A stretch of 64,000 nt of DNA from the NCBI GenBank assembly GCA_013239625.1, contig MU054212.1, positions 2,604,001 to 2,668,000 on the forward strand, read 5' to 3'. The DNA comes from Lama guanicoe (Eukaryota). This document shows, piece after piece, positions 38,684-52,934 of this stretch. Position 1 is the first letter of the stretch; each line of letters begins with the position of its first letter. Position numbers and translations under genes: made by a program. The notes under the pieces were generated by a model. The model was given only the letters and a program-made list of their open reading frames with translations, did no database searches and was not told the DNA's origin.

Positions 38684-40559
38684 CTGAAATAAAATTAGAA
38701 AAAGTTTACTGTAAATCTAGTGCATCAAGTAAAATTAATTAAAAAAATTCTTCAGATTCCTAGGAATGTTTATCCACATAGGACATGAATCTACACAAAT
38801 CTTTTTTATACATACTATATAGCTCAGCACAAAATATTTATTTATACATCTGGAATGTTTAATCAACATTTTTAATACCTCTATTTCAATTATTCTCCCT
38901 CTGAATATTACCTGAAGCCCAGCACAGAGAATTTGCTGTTTCTTTTCTATTCAAACATTTAATTACCTGTAGTATCTGTAATAGAAGCTCTAGCTCATTA
39001 AGACTAAAAGTTAACAGTCCAGGTTGGCTTTACATCATTGTAATGCTTTATCTTACTGAAAAATTCTATCTTTATCCAAAATGAAGTAAATACATAAAAA
39101 CTTCTGCTCAAGAGGCTTGAGATAGCTGGCAAATTTCCACATTTTATACAGCATGGTTTTGTGATTCTCTAAATATGCATTAATCAACTACAATAATTTC
39201 TATGCATGTACTGTAATATTTATTGCAGACTCTATAAGCTTATCTTACAATTAAGTTGTCCCAAAAGTTTAAAAACAAGAAGCTTATGGATTTATCATAC
39301 TGTGATTTTATGACAATTCAAAGCAAACTGGCTTTGAGGGTTAAATAATTCACCTAAGCAAAGTGGCACTGAGGAAAGAGTACTGATGTAGCAATTAAAA
39401 GGCCAGTTAGTTTTAGTGCCAGCTTTGCTATCCTGTCCGAACTACTTAAGATTTCAGGGGCTCAGATTTATTATGGGACAAGAGTAGCTGTTCCTCCTGA
39501 AACTGCCCCACCCTTCCAGGATTCAGTGAAAGCATTAAGTATAACACCCTAACCACTCTTTCTCAGTAATTTAGCGTACGTAATTCTTTTAATTAAAAAC
39601 GAAGATCCATTTATATTGTGACTTTTTTCTGCATATGAATCATAATTTTCACTCGCTGGAAAAAAAATACTAACATGCTCATCTAAAAAGTGGTTTTTCT
39701 CTTACAGAAAATCATCAGATGCGCAAAGAAGTCTTTAAAATGCATTATTCAATCTCCAATCTAACAATTTCACATTATCTTCTAAGTAGATTCCCCAACC
39801 TAATAAACTTCACCATTAGAGTATCTGTCTCATATCTCACATCAATCTTTCATTCACACTATAGAATGGGGTACTTTATTTATAATTCATTTTCTCTCCT
39901 CATTTGAGAATGAAAACTTTTAACTGTTCAGCACTTCCTGAATTAATCACCCATGATAAATATCTTCAGATATCTATAATAAAAATTCTTTATTGGAAAA
40001 AAGAAAAACACAGAACTTTCTACAGTCCAAAAATGAAAAAAGTGAACCTATCCAGAAACACATTTTACATGTATGTACGTGAAGTTGTTTGCTAGGCAGC
40101 AAATTTAACCCAGACGCTGTATGAAAGCACTGCATTTTCAGGCACTGCCAAGCGGTTTGTTCATGAAATAAAGCAACAGTTGGGCGAATGTCAAATGCCA
40201 CACTACAAAGAAGCTGAGAGTCAACTGAAGCCGATTAACATAATCTACTGGGCACAGGATGCTGTCCTGAGTGGTACTAAAAACTGACTTTTCTTCAATT
40301 TTCATCCTTGTTCCAGTGCATAAAACAAAATCGAAATATTTAAGGTAAACCGTGAAATTTAGCGAGAAACTTTTCAAAGGCTGGTTGACTAAAACTGCCT
40401 TGCTCACAGGCAACGAGGGCTAGAGGACAATAATGAACCTTTGTGTCCCCAACTGGCAAGTAACAGTAGCGGCAGCGCAGCTCCCTGTGTATTTATCAGG
40501 ATTTGTGCAGGGGTCACGGCGCTCAGACTGTCCCCACCTCACAGGGACTGTAAGCTCCT

Positions 40560-42190
40560 TGAAGGCAGGGGCCACGGCTCACCACTGCAGCCGCCGCGCC
40601 TATGCTAAGCGCTCAGGGAATATCTGCTGCACATGCGAACGGATAAGGGGTCCCCGAGAGTAACCCCGAGGTCCAGAGGGTTTTGCCTCGCCCGCCCTTG
40701 AGCCTCGACCAGGATTCCCGGCAGCGTCCCCCAAGTTCTGCTGAGAGCTCTCCAACTCGGCCGGAGTTTGCAGCGCGGCGCGGGGAGCCAGCAGGGCGCC
40801 GACTTCCCCTCGGCCCCTCGCGACCCGAGATCGGGGCTGCGCGAAGCCGCCGCGGCGCGCGGGGCGGAGCGACGCCAAAGTAACTCCGGAGCGACGCGCG
40901 GGGCCGCGGGGGGCGCCGGCCCCCCAGAACAGCCCTTCCCCGCGCGGCCGCCGCCGCCGGGCGCACGCGCCCCGCCGCCCGAACGCCACCCCATCCCTAG
41001 AGAAATCGGGCAGCGGTTACTCGGGCTTTTGTGCCTGTAGGAAGGAGCCCAAGCGCGCGAAGGACTCTGCGAGAGAACCGGTTCGCCCCCTTCCGCCACC
41101 CACTCGGGCGCAGCCCGCGGCTCGGGTTCCCACACCCGCCAGCCTCCCAGCAGGCCCGCCTCCGCCCCCGGCCCGGCTGACTCCCGGCCCGGCTCGGCCC
41201 CCGGGTCCCTCCTAAACACGGGCCGGGCCTGGCATCCCCGACCCTACGCGGTTTCACCTTCTGAATCGCAGCCGGAGTGATCTCCCCCTTGCCTCGCTGC
41301 CTCGGGGCCGCGAACGCCACGGACATGTTGCCGCCGTCACCACTATCGGCAAGTCCCGAGCGCTCCGGGTGAACGGCAAACTGGGGGAAAGACGCCGGCC
41401 TCTCGGGCCGAACCACGGCGGGAACGCGGGGAGGGGGGATGCTTCAGCGCCCTGGACAGACGGCTGGCCAGCCCGGCCTGGAGGAGGAACGCTGGCCCGT
41501 ACAAGTCCAGTTTCCGCCCGACACTTGGGAACCTCAACCTTGGCAGAACTTCCTGGCTCTTGATCGGCCTCCTGTCCCTCCACCGTTCTTACCCCGCCAC
41601 CCCCGGCCCTTTGCGCTCGTGGTAGGGCCGCGCCCCAGCCCTCCCTCCGCTTCAGCGATTCAGGAAATGGTCCCGCCGCCGCGGGAGAGGGAGCGGCTAG
41701 GGCAGCCCCTGTCACAGGAAATGCGAGCGCCCGAGCCGGCCCGCCCCCTTCGCGCGGGGCCACTTGCCTCCCTCTGCGAGCACGGAGCGCCCCTCCGGCT
41801 GCGTTTCGGCGCTCTGTTCTAGACCTCGTTCAGTTTTTCCAACTTCAGCCTCGCCCCTCCTGGGAAGAAGTGGCCACTGGGAGCTGTCCGGGCACCCGGG
41901 AGAGGGGAGGAGGAAGGTCAGGACCCGGGAGTTCGTGCAGACCCGGGGAGCATCGGCCGAGACGAGGCGGTGGGAGGACTAAGGGAACGCGGATTCGCTG
42001 GTTTGAATGGCTGGGCTACGCCCCGAGTGCCCACCTCCGAGGCCACGGTCTCGCGCGCACACACACTCGTGCCGAACAATTGCAAAGTAAGCGCAACCCA
42101 AACTCGGGAGACGAAGGCTGTGTCCCGTACTCGGGGGCAGTCGGCCAGCTCGGCTGGAGCGGCCAGAGTTGAGGAGTTCGCCTCTTAGGA
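40560..42190. promoter_or_regulatory. CpG island covering the SS18 promoter, exon 1 and the start of intron 1
   Basis: About 1.6 kb of very high GC and CpG density against an AT-rich, CpG-depleted background. Contains GC boxes (CCGCCC). Confidence 0.93.
41258..41326 (-). CDS. SS18: SS18 coding exon 1 (MSVAFAAPRQRGKGEITPAAIQK), 69 nt
   Basis: Translation matches the SS18 N-terminus. ATG context is GGCAACATGT, donor AAG|GTGAAA, inside a CpG island. Confidence 0.98.
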
Positions 42191-45100
42191 TGAACCCTTG
42201 ACAGAAATGTGGGTCGGTTTCATCTGACTTGAAAATTTGGAATTAAGTTTTGAAACAGGGCACCCTCGCTCTTTTCTTTTGCAAGTATGTGTTTAGTGGC
42301 TTGTAAATTAGGCTCAAGCTACCAGGCTTACAGTCAGTGTGAGGAAAAAAGCCAAAGCCTTCAAGTTATGGAAGGAACATGCGCAAATGTGGCTAATGTG
42401 TTGGTGTGGGGTCTTTGATTATTAATGCTGTAGACTTAGACTTCTATGTACCACAAAGGAAAAGTTTATATAAAATGTCACGCAACATTATCAGGCTCAA
42501 AAATCAATCCCTCAGTTTATTTATAAGATAGACTGGAAAAATACAGAAAAAGGATTATTTTAAAATTTATCGTTCAAATAAATGCTCTTCACAAAAAACA
42601 GGTTTTGAGTTTCGTTCATTCAGCAAATTTGGGTGCATTCTATGTGCTAGGCTTTATTCTAGGCACCTAGGGTACAACTGTGAACCACCTGGACGTGGTA
42701 CCTGCTCTCAAGGAAATTATATTCTGAAAGGGCTGAGAGAGCAGAAACAAGTAAGCAAATATGTATGTATGTAAAGTGCTTAGAAAGACTAGCAAACAAG
42801 GGACTGATAAAGAGTGAAGGGCACTCATGTGGTTTAGGGTGGGAAGTCATCTCAGTTTTATTTAAACAGAGCTAAAGGATGGAAAGATTCAAGCCACCCT
42901 AAGAATAAAGGGAAGATAGTTTGTACTTCTACAAATATTAGTTATTCTTAGGAATTTAATTCTTGTCTTTCACCACCCTAAGCCTTGAAAAAACACTCTG
43001 GTATATTTGGGCATACTGTAATCACCTCAAATTAGAAAAACTCCTATTGAATTCAGAACAGAAACTTAAGTCTCGTCCACCAACACTGTCTGACACTTGG
43101 CTTCCTTCATCGTGTCTTGATGTTTACACAAATGTGGCTTCATAGTTAAAAACAATACTTAAGTAGGAGAAATGAAAAATAGTCTGCCTATTCAGTTCTA
43201 TCTGCTATCTTAAAAGAATAAAATGAACCAGCAGGAACACTCTGAATTTCTATATCCCAGGAAAAAAAGAAAAGAAAAAAGTGCCAAGGAGATTCCTATT
43301 CCAAGAAGGTAACTAGAGATAGGTACCTTTTTTGTCTAAATTATAGCTTCCCAACAGCAAGAAGGGAAATCAACCGAGAATAGGTAACAGATCCGCACAA
43401 GACATTTATTCCTTCAGAGTAGCAGTGTAGGACCCTTGGGCACCCACAGCTTCTGGGCATGGATAACCACACTGTGGATTTTTCTGTGATACCGAGTGTG
43501 CTATAAAAATACCATTACTTTCTGTGAGTCCACCACATGAAATCAGTTGGGAAGCATTGGTTTAAAGGTCCAGCCCAAAATACAAATGATCTCCCCAAGA
43601 GAAGACACTGAAAAGGTACCCTACCTTACTCTTAAGCTTCCTTAGTAAATCCAATCAGTCAACTTGACCTGGAAAAGTATGATTCAGAGAGTGATAGGGA
43701 AGGCTTTAGCCTGAAAAAATTTTCCTAGAATTTTAGGGTGTTTGTACCTGTTAAGAGCCCTGAGTTAGGGGAAGATAGAGGCATCTAGTAAACCCTGTTT
43801 CACTTCACCATTAGTTAAGAGAGAAGAATCCCAAGGTACAGATGGAGTGATAGCAGAACTGGGAGGGAAAAGGAAAATACAGAGTCCCCAGCATTTAGTT
43901 AGTGAGAAAACAGAGAATGAATACAGGCAGTTGGTCCAAGTTTCAGAAATGACTCTGGAAACTTAAAAATGAGCTACCCAGGCAACCATTTCCCCAACCA
44001 GAAAAATCAGTCCCATTATTTGACTACTCTTGGATTGAGACATCTGAAAAAAGAACTGAGGTCACATAATGAAGAGGTGAAAGGTTTTTACAGAATATAT
44101 AATAGCTCAGAATAAGTAAAAAAAGTCTGCATGATCAATTATGTCTTGATTATTCACACTAATGAATGTAGATATGCTTAACAAAAAAAAGGTGATAAGG
44201 AAATTGTCCATGTTTAATTTTCAAATATGTTTGAATTTTTTATTTGTTTTACATGAATTTGTATTCCTTAATGTATTTCACCAAAGTGATAAAGTGATAT
44301 GCTCGATATTTAGTGAAACTATATAATCATGGCATTAAAAATTATCTTAATCCCCAAAAATCATATCATGCATGTGCAGATAATGGCAATAACTTTTGTT
44401 TCATACTAGCATTTACTTAATACTTAATGTTTTATAATTAATAGAATCTCTGTAGTATTAAATTTGTTGATACTTTAAGCCCTTGTGCTGCCATAGATTC
44501 TTATAATACATTGAGAAGGCAGAGACCAAGCCTATCTGGTTGTAATTGGGCCCAGAGCAAAACGCCTCAGGTAATATCTTTCAAAATATTTCTGCTCACT
44601 GTCACTATGGCATTTGATGAGTCATTCTGAGTTGTGGCTTCCACAGATTTCAAGACCATAAGGAAAACAGCATCCATCTATATATATATATAATTATTCT
44701 AGGCAAGAAAAAAATCACCTTTACCAATTCTCCATAAAACATTCTCTTTTCAATACTCCAGAAGATTTCATTCCAAGTCGACTATAACTTAGCCTCTCTG
44801 GCGCATTTCCAACTCTTACAATATCAAACAGAGAATGAATTAAGGAGGAGATGAAGCTATTATATTTGGGGGTTTAATGTTACAAAAAAAGTATTGCTTC
44901 AAAAAATTAGTTTCTATGTGAAGCTCTAAGCAATCTTAACTCACTATTTTGGCAAATGCACAAGTCTGGAGTTCCTAGTTCTTCCACCTATGGCATGATA
45001 CCCAACAGCACATTCCATATGTCATTCATCTTTCTGCAAAACAGCCGCTGTATCTAAAAAGCTATTAGAAATAACAAGATGTTTAATTACTTAGTTAGCA

Positions 45101-45504
45101 TTTATTATGCAAAGCCACTGTGCTAAGTGATAGTCTTACATTAGATTCTTAAGAATGCCCCAATTTTAACAGGTAAAATATGCAGAAACATGTGACATTA
45201 CAAATTACTAAAAGATTTGTACTTAATAATCTAAGGATTATTATAATAATCTAAGGAGAGAAATACATGCTTCAAGACTAGAAATGGTTGAAAATACCTG
45301 ATAGTGCAGTCTAACCTTGAGATATTTTCTGGACATTATTTAGAGATCACATTTTACTTTTTCATGTTCTCTGACTGATGTGCAGTTACTCTGCCTTTAG
45401 TAAAATAATATAATAACTGCTCATGAACGACTTCACAATTTATAGAAATGATTATAATACACTAATTTCCCTATGAAGTGTTAACTAAGTTCCCTATGAA
45501 TGGG

Positions 45505-46020
45505 TGAGGTAGGCAGAATAATTTCATCCCCACAAATATGACTACCCCCCAATCCTAAGAACCTATGAAGATGATAGCTTTCATTGCACTGTGGAATTAA
45601 GGTTCCAGATGGAATAAAGGAGGTTAACCAGCTGACCTTAAAACATGAAGATTAACTTGGATTATTTGAGTGAGCCCAGTATAATCTCAGATATCCCTAA
45701 ACGGAAAACAGCAAGGTTGAAGAATCGTAACCAGAGAGATGGCACCTTGAGAAAGACTTGACGGGCCGTTGCTGGCTTTGACTATAGAAGGGGATCATGA
45801 GCCAAGGAACTCTGGTGGCTCTAAGATGCTGGAAAAGGCAAGGAAGCAGATTCTCCCCTAGACCCTCCAGAAGGGACAATCCTTGCTAACACCTTAAGTA
45901 CAGCCCAGTGAGGCCTATTTTGGACATCTGGCCTCCAAAACTGCAAAGTAAAAAATGTGTGTTGTTTTAAGCTATTAAGTTTGTGATAATTTGTTCAAGC
46001 AGCAATAGGAAGCTAATACA
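45505..46020 (+). mobile_element. MaLR solo LTR (MLT1D-like), essentially full length
   Basis: TG...CA termini (tgaggtaggcagaataat...gcaataggaagctaataca). Diagnostic gctggaaaaggcaaggaagcagattctcccctaga. Confidence 0.88.
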
Positions 46021-46207
46021 ATGTTTTTTCCCCGTCTAACATTTATGGTTGAATTATGCAATGTGCTCTAAAATATCAATGTTATTCAATATGTTATGAA
46101 CTAGTGTCCTAATTACATATTAAGCTAACCTATCAATCATTTATTGCATATTTTCTATAAAAGAAAAATAATAGCATAATATTATTGTGCAGTCCTATAG
46201 ACAGTAT

Positions 46208-46311
46208 GATTTCGGCCTTCTGGCCTCCAGAATTGTGAGAGAATACATTTCTGTTATTTTAAGCCATCAAGTTTGTGGTAATTTATCAGCAGCCATAGGG
46301 AACTAATATAG
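46208..46311 (+). mobile_element. MaLR LTR 3' fragment (MLT1-like)
   Basis: ttctggcctccagaattgtgagagaatacatttctgttattttaagccatcaagtttgtggtaattt. Confidence 0.8.
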
Positions 46312-46639
46312 ATGACAAGACAATTCAATGGAAAATAATAATAATAATAATATTTAAACTTACCTGGCTATTACTATCCACTATGCACCATTTTAAGTTA
46401 TTTGTACCTGTAAACACAGTAACCCTCAGAGCACCATTTTGCTACCAATTTTTACACAGGTAGTAATGTTGTACCAGGTTATACAGACTTTCTAGCATAG
46501 TTAAATTTGCAGATATTTTTCAAATGGTATAATTTGGGCCTTTAAAAAAAGTCTTTTATTAAAATAGTATTATCTTAATTCCTATTATTAGCATTAGTTT
46601 GATAGACTATTTGCTCATTTGCTCTACTTCCATCACGAT

Positions 46640-46674
<35 letters not shown>
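46640..46674. repeat. (TCTA)n tetranucleotide microsatellite
   Basis: About 8 perfect units, directly visible. Confidence 0.95.
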
Positions 46675-46939
46675 CATTAGACAATGAAAACTCTTAAGTT
46701 ACCATTTCTTTCCTCGGGTTAAAACAACATAAGATAACAAGAGAGGGAGAGGAAGAGTGGGAGATAGAAGGAAATTTAGAATTTGAAGCCAAAAGGAAGA
46801 GGTGGAAAATTAACTTACCACTGGTTCTCTAACAGGTTTGGGAAAACAAAACTGATCTTGGAAGTTCTCACTGTTAAGCACTAACTTTGAGGTCATTTTT
46901 ATAACCCCACCCGCTGGGGCAACACCAGGGTGAGAGAAG

Positions 46940-47390
<451 letters not shown>

Positions 47391-50300
47391 CCACTTGTGA
47401 AAATTGCTTCCTTCATTTTTCTGAAGGAGATGCTGTTTCTGAAATTTGGCCTGGAAGGGGCGGAGTTAAGAGTTGGTAGATAAGTTTCTGTCGTGCAACT
47501 GCCTTTAACAATCGTCGTAGCAGCTTAACTGGGAGTGTATGTATCTGTGTGTTGTAGCCTTGATTCCACAAGAGATATGAACGCTGCGTCTGACAGTAAG
47601 GAACAAAAACACTTCTTTTAGCCTCTGACAGCTTACCTGAATGCTGAATGCACACGGCCCACTTCCTCGGGATTTGGCAGACACACGGGAAAGTTTCTTC
47701 TTTGGGGAGCTGTTGTTTGATAATAGTTACAGTAAAATTAAAAATTGATCATGGCTGTTACTGAAATATGGTCTAAATTGATGTAAAAGTAAATCTTTGT
47801 TGAGGAAACGGTTGAAAATGCTAGTCCAAACACTTTAACCTGTTAGAAATTATTGTCCAGAAATTTGCTCCCGAGTGTTTGGCCCCAAGAATCTTCACTC
47901 TTGCCACTTTCCACATCTTTTTCTTTGGTTTTTAAATAATACTGAAATTTCTTGAGAGCTTATAGCTTCCTTTAAATATCCACATTTCTGAAAAACTTTA
48001 AAATACTCAAGGTAGTAGTAATACTCTTGCCAAATTTTAATTATATTCAATAATCTTAGTGATTTATAAAAGGAGGAAAATGATCTGAAGACCAAAGATC
48101 TATCACCCCAACCTTCCAAATTCTAGCCTTTGAATTCAGAAGAATCCGATTTTTTAAAAGCTTTCAAATTTCATGAGCATGTTTTTTGTGTATCTTGGAA
48201 ATTCAGACACTAGCTATGAGAATACACAGTTCATTTGTAAGGCTGTATTTTCTCTTGCTTTACATACCAACTTAGTTATGGAAGGAAATAATTCACTTTT
48301 ATTATAAATCTATCAAATGTAAAGTGGTAAAAAAAAACATTAGAAAGAACCTTACCATCATTTTTTAAAGTATTTTTCTATTTAATTGGACCCTCTAGTT
48401 TTACTTCTGTTTTGTAAGTAATTTTTTTAGAATTGTAAATTTAAGAAAAGCCTGATGTAGCTTAAACCAAAAGGGTACCATTTTGATAAAAACAAAAAGT
48501 TATAAAATCCCCAGCATGGCATGAAGCATATGGTTAGAAAATAATGCCCAAGTTTTAGAGCCTAAAATAAAGGGAGTAATGGGAGAAGACTGAGGTGTAA
48601 TAAGAAACCACATGGCTATTTACAATGTTTTAAGAATGCTATAGAACTGATTGATAGTTCCTTTGTAATGAGCTGTAAAAGGGTAAGGATATAAAAATAC
48701 CTATAGTGGGCATTTTTAAAGATACATTGGAAGGGTGAGACAGTTTTGTCTCAGGATTCTGAAATTATAATTTGCATCTTTGTATGGAGTTATTCATTGT
48801 GTTTCCTGGAGGGTGCTATGACCTTTTACATGAGGTAAAGTTTATAATGACACTTGTTCATTAAAATATATCACGGAATGTTTGTGTAAGTGACAGTTGA
48901 CATGATGAGTTATAAAGAAGCTGAGGTTGGCCAGTTTTAACCAGTATGTAGTGGCGATATTATAGTAATACAAAAAGTTATGTGAGCCACAATTAGAGGC
49001 CTTGGCTTCTGCTTTCTTCTTGATGATTATCTTACAGCATGAAGTGAGGCAAGAGGCCTGTTTTCTTTTTGCTTTAGTTCCCTTTTATTTAAATGAAAAA
49101 GATGTTTGAATAACATTTTGGAGAGGTAATACTTTTCTTTTTAGGGAAGAAAAAAATACATCCTTCACAATATTCCCATGAAAAAGATAAGATTTATTGT
49201 CATTCTTCACTCTGTCCTTTTCCTGACCCCAAACTGTTATTAGCTCCGTATTTTCTACTTTATCAAATCTCAGCTCCACAGTCTGGCCATCAAAATCTTC
49301 CATGATCCACATCCACCCTCTTTAACTAAGGGGGCAGCTTCATGGTTTTACCAATATGTGTTTGTGCCCCCGAAGGTAGGGAGAGGAGACGTCTCTCTCA
49401 CTCTTCATTTTAATTATCCTCTAAGACTGCACATTTTGCCCTCTTTGTGGAGCTGTCTGATCCCCTCCAGTCACTATGGATCTCTTTTTTCTAAATTTAT
49501 CATCTCTACCACAGAGCAGTGGATAGTATTTACTGTTTGGCCTCATATTCTCTTTAACATCAGATATACTTACGTAGTAGGCTTCTCACGCCAACTAGAT
49601 AGTAGGATTTTGAGAATCTGGATGGTGTAATTCCTTTTGTATTTCTACTACATGATACACTGTGGAGGGGCTAGGGCAGAAGTAAACTACCATTTAAGTA
49701 ATACTTATTTTGTACCAAGTGTTTCATGTACCTTAGCTAAAGTTAAGAATGGTATTTAACCCCCTTTTTAATGATTCAGAAGCTTTCATAGCTTGGTGAA
49801 GGTACCCAGCTAGAAAGTGAAGGATCCCATATTCTCAGTTAAATTTTTGTCTCTGCTCTTTGCATTGCACCATGCAATTTATTCCAAAATATTCATATGT
49901 TAATTATTTATCCATAACATAGATATCAAGACCAAGCAGGAAAAGACAACTATGGTGTACAAACTTGAAGGCATTCAGAATTGCTGAAGCAATGGAAAAG
50001 TGGGTAGAGTCAAAGCTAGAAACGGGAGCCAGATCATGGAATGCTTTTAAGGGAATAAGAGACCCTGAAGGGTTTTGATGTGGCTATTGCTGTTTTGTCT
50101 TTCTAGTAACAAACTGTATCTGTCCCACCACAGAGATACTCACATGACCAGGCAGAATCACTCATAGTTTCTGTCCTCCTGGACATAGTGATGAGCATGT
50201 GACTCAAACCTAGCCAATGTAAGTCCATTGTTAGGACTTTTCTAGCCAGAGATAGTGGTAGATTTTTTCCTCTGGGAGAGTTGTTGGAATGTGAGTCTAA

Positions 50301-50589
50301 GGTTTCTGAAGGCCATCTTTTTTCTGTACAGATAAAGTCTCTCTGCATTAAGAGAGCAGAAGGCCAATGTGTAAAAGTAAATATTATAATACCTAGGTCC
50401 TTCTTTCCTAGGTCCAGCTCTGGGCTGTCTTGATTTGCCCAGTGAGAAATGTTCCCTACTAATACAAGTTTTAAGTAGAGGAATGCCACATTCAGATTTT
50501 CTTTTCTTTTTTCTTCATATTTTTATTTTTAAGAGATTTCTCAGACTGCATTGTGGTCAGAGGATTGGATGAAATCAAGAACTGGTAGC

Positions 50590-51075
50590 AGAGAGACCAT
50601 ACAGGAGTCCCTGAAAGGGTGAGATTTAAATTGAGACCTGAAATAAAAAGAGACGCATTCCAGGCAGAGGGAGTACAACATGTGAAGGCTCAGAGGACGG
50701 AAAGAGAAGTGTGTTTGAGAAAACCTTGAAAGAAGGTAGTGTAGCTGGTGCATGATTAATAGCAATGGCATATGGGAGAAGTAGCCGGAGCCGGATCATG
50801 CCCAACTCTACAGGCAAGACTAAGGAGTTTGAAAAAAGTTTCTAAGTGCAGTGGAAGGGTGTTCAACCAGAGAGTAATCTGACCCTATTGATGTTTTCCA
50901 GTGCTCATGCTGGCAGCTTTGTGGAGACTACGTGGGGTTACAAGGAGCAAGGAGGATGTAGGAAGGAGGGTACGAGAGGTGGGAAGCAAGAGAAGAAACT
51001 GGAAAACCTATTAGGCTATGCAGTAGTCCAGGCAGGAGAATGTGGCTGCTTTTAATAGAGTGGTGGTAGGGGAAG
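50590..51075 (-). mobile_element. L2 fragment
   Basis: gcattccaggcagagggagtacaacatgtgaaggctcagagg...ttaggctatgcagtagtccaggcagg. Confidence 0.7.
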
Positions 51076-51272
51076 GATGACAACCAGGTTTTCAGATTGA
51101 ACGGTTGAATGGATGGTGATATATGTTATTCTGGCTGCTGGTTTGTGATACTTTTAACTAGTTGTGAAATAGTCTTCACAAATGATCTTCCTGCTTTTGT
51201 AGTGTTATTTTTTAAATTTAGATATGGATGTTGAATTTTATCATGTCTTTGTAGTTTCATCATTTACTTTTT

Positions 51273-51331
51273 TTCCTTTTTAAAAAAAAATTTCTTTTTG
51301 TTTGAGGAGGGAATTAGGTTTATTTATTTGT

Positions 51332-51363
<32 letters not shown>

Positions 51364-51439
51364 TATTGGTATTGGAGATTGAACCCAGGACCTCATGCAT
51401 GCTAATTGTGCACTCTACCACTGTGCTATACCCTTTCCC
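51273..51439 (-). mobile_element. tRNA-derived SINE (Vic-1-like) with an expanded (TTTA)n tract
   Basis: Reverse complement of the same family. 16-bp TSD tcatcatttacttttt at 51257-51272 and 51440-51455. Confidence 0.88.
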
Positions 51440-51471
51440 TCATCATTTACTTTTTATTTTTACTGTTTAAT

Positions 51472-51900
51472 TGTTTCAGTTAGGACTATTTCAGTTGCAG
51501 GTATCAGAAATCCAACTCAGACTAATTTAAGCGAAAAAGCAAATCTATTGAACCGAGTGCCCAAAGGGAGCAGTGGTAAACCTTGCTTTTAGGTTCACCT
51601 GTGTGGCTGCTAGGGCATTAAATGTCAGCAGGACGGGTGTGTCTCTCGCTCCCTCTCCCTTTCTCTCCTCTCTGCCTTTCTACCTCTTGCTTCCTGTCCA
51701 TATTACTTTCACCCTCAGACATGACATCTCTTAGTGGTGCCTCCTAAGTAGCTGGAGGCTCCAGGCTCCCAGCTCTAGGTACTACAGAAGGGATTATCTT
51801 GGCTCCAAACACTGCCAGTAAAACTTCAAGGATTTACTGTTTGGCTAGCCTAGGTTACATTACAGCCCCACCTAAAGACTAGTATTTCTCCAAGAACAAT
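51472..51900 (-). mobile_element. Old MaLR LTR (MLT1J/K/L-like)
   Basis: ttcagttgcaggtatcagaaatccaactcagactaatttaagc is the typical reverse-complement 3' end. Confidence 0.55.
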
Positions 51901-52727
51901 TGAAGTGCTGTTGTTATCGGAGGAAGGCCAAAAATAACAGATCTCCACTATCCAGTATATCCAATATAAATAACATTTATATTAAAAGATTTACTTTTAT
52001 TGATGTTCCTAAAATTCCTGGAATGAACCATACTGTTTATGGTATATTGTTGTTTTTCTGTACCTCTGGATTCAATTTATGAGTATCATTTTGAATTTTT
52101 GGCATTGTATTTCCTAAGTGAAAATTATTGGTACTTTTCACCAGATATTAACATTGTTATATAGCTTTCCCCAAAACAATGAGAAGCATTTCAATTTTGA
52201 TCTGCCCCATAGAATGATTTAAATATCATAGAAGATTAGATTAATCCATGAACCTTCTAGGTCTGACACTTGCTTTTAAGGAATAGTTCTTTTCTGAAAT
52301 TATCCCATATTTGTTAATGAGAGTGAATCTTCTATCTTTTCTTGTGTAAGTATGGGCAGTTTAAAATTTTTCTGATCTGTCATCTTCTTCAGGCAGGTTT
52401 TCAAATTTATTAGAGTTAGAATTTTTAAATTCCTACTTTTTCACACTTACATATATTTATTTTATTCTTTCCCTCTCTTGGCTTTAGTAACTGAGATAAC
52501 TGGTTTTAATCATTTCTTTAAAACTAAAAACTTGGTATTATTTATCAATTGTATTATTTTCCCCCAACCATTAATTTCTGCTTTTGCCTTATTTTGCCCC
52601 TTAAGTTTAGCATAATATTTTTATACCTTTTTGACTTTCTTGAATGAATTCTTAATTTTATTTGTTTTATAAAGTGAGATTATGAATTCTCTTCTGAGCA
52701 TAATTTTGTCCACATCCAAGAGACTTT

Positions 52728-52934
52728 GTTTGTTTTGTTTTGTTTCGCTTTGCTTTGTTTTTGTGTGTTTTTTGTTTTTTTTTTTTTCTTTTTTTTTATT
52801 GTGTTTATTTTTTATTGATACATTTTATTTTGGTTTATTTTTTTTACTTTTTTTTTTTGTGACATTCACTGGTGATTCTACCCAGGACCTCATGCATGCT
52901 AAGCCTGCACTCTACCAATGAGCTATACCTTCCT
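52728..52934 (-). mobile_element. tRNA-derived SINE (Vic-1-like) with a long degenerate T-rich tail
   Basis: Core sequence cccaggacctcatgcatgctaagcctgcactctaccaatgagctatacc. Imperfect TSD cacatc(c)aaga(g/c)acttt. Confidence 0.8.

Noticed and set aside
40433..42188. Stack of overlapping 60-204 aa ORFs on both strands
   Set aside because: This is the expected stop-codon scarcity of a CpG island. Only the 23 codons of SS18 exon 1 are supported.
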